A program made the translations under genes and the position numbers. Below the pieces are notes generated by a model that saw nothing but the letters and a program-made list of their open reading frames with translations, searched no databases and was not told where the DNA came from. Shown here in pieces: positions 1 through 8,168 of a stretch of 8,864 nucleotides of DNA. The stretch lies in NCBI GenBank assembly GCA_043228905.1, contig JBHGNT010001409.1:1-8864 (forward strand), written 5' to 3'. The stretch comes from Azolla caroliniana. Taxonomy: Eukaryota > Plantae > Polypodiophyta. The number at the start of each line of letters is the position of its first letter. The stretch's first letter is position 1.

Positions 1-27
1 ACAGATCTTGGAGAAACACACCCCCGG

Positions 28-2262
28 ATGGACCCCGCAAGAAGCAGAATAGCTGGGGAAGGACCATCCCGACAGCAACAGGAACCGGCAACAAAGGCAA
101 AACCGGCAGGTAAAGGCAAAGGGAAAGCGGCCGAGGAGGAACCGGTAGCGCGCAAACCAATCCATATAACGCTGCGACGGCCGGAACTGGAACCAGAGGT
201 CTCTAGACAAAAGGTCCGTCTGGTAACCGCACCGGAGGAGGAAACTGAAACAGAAGACTCATCCGAACCACTGGTAAGACTCCCAGCAAGACAAGGTCGG
301 GAGAAACGGGCGAAAGGACCGGCTCCACCAGTGGACAGAACTCAGCAGAGGGCGCAAGGACCATCTCCAGTAGCCGAGGCGGAAATAGCACCGGAACCCG
401 TACCCAGGGAAGCAGCACCGACACTGGTTGGGCCGGACTTCAGAAAACCGGTCATCCCAGAGAAGAAGAAGGAACGAGCGCCGGAGCCGGAGCCAGAGAA
501 GAGGCCGGAAAATCAGCCTGGCTTAAGTGAGCAAGGCCACCCCGAAATCGGAAGAACAAAGCCACAATGGCTGAGATGGCTTTCGGAGCAGTTATCGGGA
601 GTAGCGGACCAGTTAGAGAAAGAAGAAACGTGTCGGCAACAGCTGACGCATACAACAACTCAGGAGTTGGTCGCGCTCCGAACACAGATCGAGGAAATGC
701 AAGGGGAGCTGTTGCAGGCAAGGGAAGGAATTCAACAAGCACAAGCTGTCACCGAGCCGGTCGGGACAACAAGGAAGCAACCAGAACCGGAACCGGAACC
801 GGTAGCCTTGCAAACCGGCCCTGAGACCGAAAAAATAATAGAAACCTTACGAGAGGAGTTACAAGCTCAGGAGGCATTAAGGGAAAGAGAAAGGGAGCAG
901 CGGAAAGCGGTGGAGGATGACAGACGAAAAATGGAAGAAGGCCTCCGGAAAGGTCGAGCCGCTAATGACCGACTGCAAGAAGAAAAAGAGAAGTTGCAGA
1001 AGGAGAAGGACCGACTACGTCGACATGCCGAACAAGAGATAGAACGACTGCAGGAAGAACTCCGACAACAGAAGGACCGGGACGATCGGTTAAGAGCTCA
1101 GGCAACCCGACGCCTGAAGCAGAAGACGGAGGACTTCGACCGTCTCTACCGAGATCACAAGCAGGCCGAGTCGGACAACAAAAAACGAGCAACAGACTAC
1201 GACCGGCAAATAGAGAAGCTGAAAGAGCAGCTCAAAGAGACCCGATTAGACCTGGCTAAGGCGATGGATGAGGTCAGTGCCAACAAGGAAGCATTGTCGG
1301 CGGAAATAGCCCAAGCAACGGAGAGAAGGAAGGAATTAGAGGCGCTAAGGCGGGAAAAGCTGGACCTGACCAAGATCAGGAATGAAGAAAAGGAAAAATC
1401 GACCTTCACGATCAGCAAACTGCAGAGTACCTATGAAAAGCAGAAAGCAGATTACGAGGCCCAGGCTCAGATAATGGCCGACATTATAAAACGGGCAAGG
1501 AAGGAAAAGCAGGAAGCTTATGCGCATGCTAAGGCAGGAGTTGACCGGATCAAGCTCATCATGTCAGGATGGAGTACCCGAGCTCAGGCAAGTATCAACG
1601 AAAGTACGGAAAAGCTATGGAAGGAGTGGTCACAACAGGCAGCCGAGCTGCAGACACTCCGAGCGGATGCCGAGAATCGGAAGAAGACCGGCGACAGGTT
1701 CTACAAGATGGATGAAGAAAGTATCGTCGCCATTCGGGAGGAATTGTCGGAGGATTTCTACACTTTAGCAGAAGAACACCTCAAAGAAATCCGAGGGTTG
1801 GTAGAGAGGTTGGATGACGGGCAGCTCGCAACTCAGTTGGAGTTGGAGAGATACGAGCAGGACCGGTTACGACAGGAAGCTAAGGGAAGAACGACGCCAA
1901 CTACTATTGGTGAGGGAACGCGACCGGCTGAAGATGAACCAACCGACACCGAACAACCCCGACGAGGAATACCTGAAGACGAACTTGAAGAAGAGCAGGA
2001 GCGGACCGATGCCGGAGAAGAAGAAGAGCTGAGACCGGAAGACACCAGGGCAGAGGAAGGAGGCATATCAAGTCGACCAGTCGAGACCGGAGAAAGCGAC
2101 ACCGGTAACAGAACAGAGCCAGGAACGGAGGGAGAACAGGAAGAACCCGGACGAAGCGGTGAGGAAGCACCGGCACCACGGAATCAAGCAGAGCCGGAGC
2201 AGATAATTTTTACGGAACAGCCTACCCAACAGGAGGTTGGAGACCAGGCAGGCAAGGAATAG
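28..2262 (+). CDS. Retrotransposon-borne additional (env-position) ORF: hydrophilic protein with P/E-rich disordered N-terminus, long central coiled coil and acidic disordered C-terminus
   Basis: 744-codon open frame, also open from base 1 (no stop in 1-27), so the start may lie upstream. E/K/R/Q-rich helical region at about aa 180-620, PEPEPE repeats (481-498, 781-801), KGKGKA basic patch. No gag zinc knuckle, protease, RT, integrase or transmembrane motif recognised. Ends about 120 bp before an LTR-like sequence. Confidence 0.75.
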   Translation: MDPARSRIAGEGPSRQQQEPATKAKPAGKGKGKAAEEEPVARKPIHITLRRPELEPEVSRQKVRLVTAPEEETETEDSSEPLVRLPARQGREKRAKGPAPPVDRTQQRAQGPSPVAEAEIAPEPVPREAAPTLVGPDFRKPVIPEKKKERAPEPEPEKRPENQPGLSEQGHPEIGRTKPQWLRWLSEQLSGVADQLEKEETCRQQLTHTTTQELVALRTQIEEMQGELLQAREGIQQAQAVTEPVGTTRKQPEPEPEPVALQTGPETEKIIETLREELQAQEALREREREQRKAVEDDRRKMEEGLRKGRAANDRLQEEKEKLQKEKDRLRRHAEQEIERLQEELRQQKDRDDRLRAQATRRLKQKTEDFDRLYRDHKQAESDNKKRATDYDRQIEKLKEQLKETRLDLAKAMDEVSANKEALSAEIAQATERRKELEALRREKLDLTKIRNEEKEKSTFTISKLQSTYEKQKADYEAQAQIMADIIKRARKEKQEAYAHAKAGVDRIKLIMSGWSTRAQASINESTEKLWKEWSQQAAELQTLRADAENRKKTGDRFYKMDEESIVAIREELSEDFYTLAEEHLKEIRGLVERLDDGQLATQLELERYEQDRLRQEAKGRTTPTTIGEGTRPAEDEPTDTEQPRRGIPEDELEEEQERTDAGEEEELRPEDTRAEEGGISSRPVETGESDTGNRTEPGTEGEQEEPGRSGEEAPAPRNQAEPEQIIFTEQPTQQEVGDQAGKE

Positions 2263-2381
2263 GAACAGGAGGAAGAATCACCACTTGACACTATCGAGCA
2301 AAGTGTGCTCGATATTTTGGAGGAAGACTGAGGCCGGGAGTGGATTCGAAGTGCAAGGCACTTTCCCACGGGCGTGCCATG

Positions 2382-2705
2382 TGTTGGCCGGTCAGAAGAG
2401 CAAGGACAAGTGGGAAGGCGGAATCGGATCGGATAATAGGAAGTAATAGTAGAATTATTATTCGGAGGGACGGATTCGGTACAGTTGTACCGATCCGGAT
2501 CCGAACCGATTCGGATGTCAGTTGCCTAAGCGCACCGATTGTAACCTTGCCGGATGCCTATAAAAGGATCCGATGATTTGTAAAGTGTTTTGACGGAAGT
2601 AATACAATAGCAATTATTGTGTATTTATCTGTATCTCGTATTGTTTGCCGTCCGTGCTTAATTGTAATCATCTTATGCGTGTAACCTAGCATCCAATCCT
2701 TACCA
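2382..2705 (+). repeat. Putative 3' LTR (~324 bp) of the ORF-bearing element
   Basis: Starts TGTTGG (2382), ends CCTTACCA (2705); CCTATAAAAG TATA box at 2557-2566 followed by a T-rich R/U5-like tract. Alternative limits 2341-2695 (TGGAT...ATCCA) cannot be excluded. Confidence 0.65.
2559..2565 (+). promoter_or_regulatory. LTR TATA box (TATAAAA)
   Basis: CCTATAAAAGG in the middle of the putative LTR, a typical plant LTR promoter context. Confidence 0.55.
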
Positions 2706-3076
2706 CCCCTTTGGAGAAGTGTCGGATAGACACCTGTGTTGAGGCTAGTCCAGCTAGACAGACAACACCCATCTTCCCCATCATCTACGTGGATAACATG
2801 GTACTCTCTAGTCGACATGACGGAGAGCTCGTCAGACTTGTCAGGCAACTGCGGTTGAAGTTTGCCACGAAGGACCTCGGTTGACTTACCTTCATTTTGG
2901 GGATGAAGATAAGTCACCTTTGGAATCGACGACAACTATTTCTGTCTCAAGACAACTATATTGGAAGTGTCTTGGAATGCTTCAACATGCAATCGGCAAT
3001 ATCTATGTCGACCCCGCTCCCAATCAGCCTTCGGCTATCTCACAAAGACTATTCGACATCCGGTCTGGAGGGGGAA
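2706..3076 (+). pseudogene. Ty1/Copia reverse transcriptase remnant (Copia-1, part 1)
   Basis: Frame +2 reads DTCV-x9-PIFPIIYVDNMVL...KFATKDLG*LTFILGMKI...QLFLSQDNYIGSVLECFNMQSAISMSTPL, matching Tnt1-type DPCV-x9-FIILLLYVDDML...FDMKDLG..ILGM..LSQEKYI..VL.RFNM. Catalytic YVDD is changed to YVDN (Y codon at 2786); stop TGA at 2882. Confidence 0.92.
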
Positions 3077-3531
3077 TGTTAGAGTGATGATCTAATGTAC
3101 GCATACGATAAGGATATAATATATATGAAATAAGAAAGGAGAGAGAGAAAGAAGGATGTCGATCCACCCGACCACCCTCGAGCGAAGGGATCGAGACGGA
3201 CTCGAGCCTCGATCGGCATCCCATACCACCGTTGTGGCGTCAAGTCGTACCTAGTGCTGGCACGCTCACTACAAGAGTTGACCCACCATGAAACAGAGTC
3301 TCAACGTAGTCAAGAGATGATCAAATGAGGGTAGTTAGGCCTCATATTTATTGTGAGACCCAAGGCCCCCAGGCAAGTTCACACTTGGTCTAATGGCTTG
3401 TCTTTAATCCCGAGGATTAAAAGTAATCCTCCCCTTCTTTACACTCTCGTTTAACCCTCACATTTATCCACATGTATAGAATACTACGGTAAATTCTCAC
3501 CACAGGATATTATATGGTCATGCCCGTAACA
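3077..3531 (-). mobile_element. Solo LTR (455 bp) with 5-bp target-site duplication GGGAA
   Basis: TGTTA...TAACA inverted termini; GGGAA at 3072-3076 and 3532-3536; removing the insert plus one TSD copy restores the RT frame (SGLEGE|TTKPIPY). Minus orientation is only inferred from the reverse TATA-like tract near 3345 and the reverse CT-rich tract near 3127-3156. Confidence 0.9.
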
Positions 3532-3536
3532 GGGAA

Positions 3537-4108
3537 ACTACAAAGCCAATACCATACACACCAACTATCAACTTCTTGATGTATGCGATGATCGCAACAC
3601 GGTCGGACTTAGCTCATGTCGTAGGAGTCGTTAGCAGATTTATGTATAATCCCGATCGATCGCATTGGAACACAGTAAAGCATGTGTTTAGATATCTAGT
3701 GGGCACAAAAGACCACGACATTTGATTCAATCCGAACAAGACTTGAGGTGTAGTTAGATACACGGACTCGGACTTTGCAAGCTGCCCGGACAACCGAAAG
3801 TCAACAACCGGATATTGCTTCAAATTTGTCAATGGGGCAATCTCGTGGAAGTCGAAACTACAGGAGTGCCCGTCAACATCAATGAGTGAAGCTGAGTATG
3901 TAGCCACATTCGACGTGGCCAAAAAGGCCTTATGGCTCAGTCGACTAGCGCGCACGTTTCGACAAGTCGATTCCGATTCGGCTACAATTGTCTATAGAAA
4001 CAGTCAAAGGTGTTGTCACTTTGTCCAAAAATCTAGTTCATCATAATGCCTCGAAGCATATCAATGTTCGATACCACTTCGTTCAGGACTACGTCATTTC
4101 TGGGACAA
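3537..4108 (+). pseudogene. Ty1/Copia RT C-terminus and RNase H remnant (Copia-1, part 2)
   Basis: IPY...LMYAMIATRSDLAHVVGVVSRFMYNPDRSHWNTVKHVFRYLVGT...YTDSDFASCPDNRKSTTGY...AISWKSKLQEC..SMSEAEYVA...ALWL, frameshift near 4008, then SKNLVHHNASKHINVRYHFVQDYV. Stops at 3723 and 3744. Truncated at 4108, before the ADxLTK motif. Confidence 0.95.
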
Positions 4109-4773
4109 TGTAGTAGATGGATAATCAATTGTCTTCTAGTAGTCCGATTCTAGTTTCTTTGACACCAAATGGGTGTCAGGAAATATCAGTCTGATTAAAT
4201 TGGACTCAAGGATGCTTTTGGACAATTGCCCTTGATAGTTTCGGGATTTGTCAATGAGCACAACTTCTTCAGCTTTAGCCGATTTGGGCTTTATTTTTCG
4301 GCCATTGCCTATTTAGTTGTAAGCCAATTAGTTCAACACTCTTTTGTATAAATCTGTAATTTTGTTTAGTCTTTAATTGACATATTCTTGTTGTATGTGC
4401 CCATTACAGGGGAGTGTCGTTCATTATAGTGTATAATGGATGTATTCACACTATCCTATTGGATAGATGAGATTTAGGACAATTATGTAAATATGTCAAA
4501 GGGAAGTTGCCTTAGGCTAGTTGGTACATAAGTGGCTTTGTAACCTAGTTCATTGTGTTTGTTGTCATATATTGTAACTTTGAGAGTAGTAATATAGTTA
4601 AATTGTTCTTGTGCCTCTTTGTTGTGTTGTTTCCTTGATCTTGTTCTCTTGCTACAGTTGCGTCTTGCTTCTCATATCAATCTCTTTTACTGACCTTATA
4701 TATCATCCACTTGAAGATCTTCATTATATAGAGTGTTGGTTTTGTTCTGCACATTGACGGCCACCTTCCAACA
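4109..4773 (+). mobile_element. LTR-like block (665 bp) without matching TSD
   Basis: Begins TGTAG exactly where Copia-1 coding similarity stops and ends TTCCAACA exactly where Copia-2 similarity begins. AT-rich and non-coding, with a T-rich U5-like 3' part. Flanks GACAA and CCAAT differ. Confidence 0.7.
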
Positions 4774-5401
4774 CCAATAGCGGAAAGAAGCACTAGGAAG
4801 TTGTAAAACACATCTTCCGGTACCTTCAAGGCACCGAGGATCTGCCCTGACTTTCAGATTGAACTAGCCGACCAAAGTCAAAGGCTTCACCGATTCCGAT
4901 TATGCCGGAAACTGCGACAATCTGAAATCGACATCAAGATATGTCTTCCCCTACAGAGGTAGAGCTTTCTCATGGAGGTCAAAGCTACAAGAATGCATGA
5001 CGCTCTCTACAACAGACGTCGTATACATAGACGCGTCAAAGGTAGCCAAAGAGGCTATCTAGTTGCAATGACTATTAGCTGATTTTTTGGCAAAGAGCCG
5101 AATTGAGCATCCCGCACTAACCCTATACTGTGACTCACAAAGCAGAATCCACCTCATTCAGAACCCAGTATACCATATGAAGGCAAAACATATCGAGGTG
5201 AGGTATCATCACATTTGGGAGCTCGTCCCCGACAAAAAGCTTGAAGTCCAAAAAGTGGATACCGATAACATCACCAATAGCTTGACAAAGCCATTCCTAG
5301 ATCATCGCGTCAACAAACTCAGGAGACAAATGGGACTAATGCAAGTCAAGGAGCAAAGAGGAGCCGAATCTGAAGGAGCAGCAGGGGAGTCAAAAATTTG
5401 A
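4774..5401 (+). pseudogene. Second Ty1/Copia RT C-terminus/RNase H remnant (Copia-2)
   Basis: NSGKKH*EVVKHIFRYLQGT, frameshift near 4845, GFTDSDYAGNCDNLKSTSRYVF...SWRSKLQECMTLSTT..Y...AKEAI*L...LYCDSQSRIHLIQNPVYHMKAKHIEVRYHHIWELV...NITNSLTKP...LRRQMGL. Stops at 4794, 5060, 5069 among others. Confidence 0.95.
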
Positions 5402-5714
5402 AGGGGCTGAACAAGCCGAAATGGCAATGTTGATGAGTTGAACAGCTGAAAGGTTGTAGAGGCCACTGAGTCCAAGAGAGCTGAAAGGCCACAAGTCAAT
5501 CAAAGGGTAGATGGAGCCGGAAGTTGATTGCCGATCAGGAAGAAGGAACGAGGACCAACCAACGAAAGAAGCCAATGGCTAAAGGGTCAAAAGTCGACTT
5601 AGCTAATAGCCGATTCGACAACCAACCAATTTGGCAACTAGCCGACTCTACCACTGCCAATCTAGCTTGTAAATTCTAATTGTAGTTTAAATTTGCAATG
5701 TAATTTAAGCTTAC

Positions 5715-5722
5715 GGGGGAGA
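5715..5722 (+). other. Putative polypurine tract of Copia-2
   Basis: GGGGGAGA downstream of pol resembles the Copia AGGGGGAG PPT, but the expected following TG is missing (GGGGGAGAT-AACCCC). Confidence 0.45.
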
Positions 5723-6169
5723 TAACCCCATTTCATTGTAAACCATTAGTGTTTTCCTTTTACGAGGAAGTTTGTTGGGCTAAAAGTTGCACTCTACCTC
5801 AAATATGTATTCTTAGTGTGAACACGTCCTCACAGTTATGGCTTAGTTACCCTAACTATAAAAGTGAGAGACTAAGCCTTGTAAAGAAGTTCGATGTTAA
5901 TTGTAAGGTGTTGTCTCTTGAGCAAAATTGTCTCTCTGTGTAACTGTCATCTTCTTGATCTTCTATCTATATACTTTGTCATATTGAATAGTGCACCATC
6001 ATTTTCTCACTTGTTATCTATTTGCTTGATTCACACAAAAGATCCTAATTGCTATTCTGCAACTAGCCAACCTCATCATCTCACACTCACCAGCTCAGGC
6101 ACATACTTCGAACAAGAGTATATATAGGATACACAAAGTCGTGGATCTTGAACACAAAGGTCTTCCACA
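5723..6169 (+). repeat. Probable 3' LTR of Copia-2 (boundaries approximate)
   Basis: Follows the PPT-like tract; CTATAAAAG TATA at 5856-5864; T-rich R/U5-like segment; candidate end GGTCTTCCACA at 6169. No 5' TG found. Confidence 0.45.
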
Positions 6170-6683
6170 TATCTTAGAAAATTATGACAGAGGAGGTTTT
6201 GAAGTTGAAGCTTGAAGCTTGAACCTTCGCAAAATGTGCCCTAGAGAATAAAAAGTGAAGTATGCATTGGGTATGCTAAGCCTATAACTATGATACTTCA
6301 AGGCAATGAAGCCCTCAAATACCCTCCCAAACAACAAACATGATTAACAATCAACCATTCAAAATACATGGGGTCAAATACTTCCTAACCTTCATGCTCA
6401 CACAGTTTGCCAACTAGGTAATGTATGACCAATCCGACAAAACATTCTTATGGATTGGTTGGCTATGATGTTTTTTACATGCAAAACCTAATTCCGAGAC
6501 AACATCCTCCGTCAAGCATGACTATTATGAATAGACTTGACATGTTGGCAATGGTAAAGAAGATGTGCCCTATTCAATAGTAAATGTTGTGATGACCATG
6601 AGGCAACACTAAATTATATTACTATGTTATCAACACGATGGATGGTCACATAAGAGGATCCTTATACGTCACTTGCTAGGTTG

Positions 6684-6828
6684 ATGGAAAGGGCACAACC
6701 ACCCAACTAGATATCCCGTGAGCTAGTGTGATGACCCTTTTCCTGTGAACATAAATGTGACATAAATGGAAAGGACAACCAAAGTAGACGTCACATGAGC
6801 TAGTGTGATGACCCTTTCCTGCCAACAT
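6684..6828. repeat. Imperfect direct repeat pair (~80-bp period) with internal inverted ends
   Basis: Identical 22-mer TGAGCTAGTGTGATGACCCTTT at 6719-6740 and 6796-6817; both units start ATGGAAAGG (6684, 6766). Confidence 0.8.
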
Positions 6829-7502
6829 GTCTCTTGATTATGGTAATGAGTGAGTGTAAATGTAGTTAGCAAATGTTTTCATTAGGTTAGTAATTCTATG
6901 TATAAAAAACCCTACTTGAGCAAATAAGGTTGTCAATTAGCAACAAGTCATTTTTTGCATCTTTGTTATGTGGATGAGGATCACGTGAGCTTGCTTACAC
7001 CCTTATAATTGACTTTATAGACACTCTACCTTTAAACCATCCTCTTTTCTAATGTAGCTCTAGATCATTTGGTCTAGATGTGCACATCTTATAGTTTAAC
7101 ATAGACATGTTAATCATGGCTAAAGTGGGTCAAATTCGTTGATGCTATGGGAGAGGAAGTTTTGTAGCATACTAAATGCATGCATGGGCTATGGTGGAAA
7201 ATCAGGTCGTAAGTGAAGTTTACACCAAATTGGAGCTTGGAAAATCATGTGTAGTTAGAGTGTATGTCCATGTATCCTCCGAGATTATCATAATGTACAC
7301 AATAGTGGTTTAAGCACAAAAAGAGTTGTTTCTCTAAAAGGTAAATGTTGCCATCATCACAGATTCACAACAATAGCAAGACCGATAATTATTATATAGG
7401 TTTTTGAGGGTTGTGTAGGGACTTGGAAGAAAGCATAAATATGGATGTAACACCAACCCTTTGTTTAATGGAAGGCTACATGCAGCCTCATGATTGATTT
7501 GG

Positions 7503-7564
7503 TATGTACATATATATGTATGTATGTATTGATTGATTGATGCAAACGATCTTTGTGTTGTTTC

Positions 7565-7611
<47 letters not shown>

Positions 7612-7763
7612 GCGTGATGGTGTTGGTGGTGGGATCCATCTCATCCCATCCCATCCATCCCATCCATTCAATGAAACTGATGATAAAAAGAAATGTCTCC
7701 ACAATGTTCACCTCCTTCCTAATTAGTTCACAAGCCCCTCTCTCTCCCTCCCTCTCTCTCTCC
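7503..7763. repeat. Low-complexity cluster: (TATG)n/(TTGA)n, (CCATC)n and CT-rich tract around the GT repeat
   Basis: TATGTATGTATGTATTGATTGATTGA near 7516-7540; CCATC-type units 7636-7668; CT tract 7735-7763. Confidence 0.7.
7568..7607. repeat. (GT)20 microsatellite
   Basis: Perfect GT dinucleotide run of 40 bp. Confidence 0.98.
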
Positions 7764-8168
7764 ATTCTTGGAGTAATGAGAAGAGGCCTGCCTTCGCAGG
7801 GGCCACTGTTATGTTTAGGTTATGGATCAGATCGATCTCATCTTTGACCATATACATGCTTGGTGAAAAAGGGAAAAAACCGCAGGGAAAGGAGTATTAT
7901 ACCAAACATATTTCTTGACTTTTTCTTTCTTTCTTTCGAGAGATGAGATGTGGTCAATGGAAACTTAAAAGGAGAATGAGAAATCATAGTCGTCCTGTTT
8001 GTTTCTTAGCCTGAGGTGCTCGCTCCTCAATATTTTCTTCTCTAATTGGAAATTTAGCGGATTTGCCCTTGGTTGAATCAATCTCATCATCAAATTCAGT
8101 TGTGTGTGTAAAATCAATCCTACCTCTCGTTCAACAAGGGTTTTCTATCAAAGTAGTTATATCAGGCC

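Larger units (their letters stand above)
1..2705 (+). mobile_element. 3' portion of an LTR retrotransposon (superfamily not visible; Ty3/Gypsy-like layout suspected) inserted into a Copia RT
   Basis: Long ORF, short spacer with a hairpin, then a TG...CA-bounded block with a TATA box. Sequence switches to an in-frame Copia RT remnant right after about 2705. The element's own pol is not in the window. Confidence 0.7.

Noticed and set aside
28-2262. Long ORF as a host myosin/SMC/trichohyalin-like gene
   Set aside because: Resemblance is only compositional (coiled coil); no motor or ATPase motif, and the ORF abuts an LTR nested in a Copia RT.
203-2369. Many short ORFs on the minus strand and alternative frames overlapping the 744-aa ORF
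   Set aside because: S/L/F/P-rich shadows of a purine-rich coding strand with no recognisable motifs.
3068-3080. GAGGGGGAA-TGTT as PPT plus 3' LTR of Copia-1
   Set aside because: The purine run is RT coding sequence plus TSD; RT resumes in frame at 3537.
2558-3955. Minus-strand ORFs 2558-2935, 3024-3224 and 3614-3955
   Set aside because: Antisense to Copia pol or spanning element junctions.
5402-5665. Purine-rich spacer after Copia-2 pol as a decayed C-terminal extension or extra ORF
   Set aside because: The pol frame has about six further stops in under 90 codons, no better than random, and no motif is recognisable.
6198-6230. (TTGAAGC)n run with a GAAnnTTC as a heat-shock element
   Set aside because: Only two correctly spaced units; better explained as a short slippage repeat.
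6719-6817. 22-bp direct repeats as a CRISPR-like array
   Set aside because: Only two copies, flanking sequences are themselves related, eukaryotic context and no cas genes.
7334-7847. ORFs with HTHTHT or VCVCVC runs
   Set aside because: Artefacts of the (GT)20 microsatellite and neighbouring low-complexity DNA.
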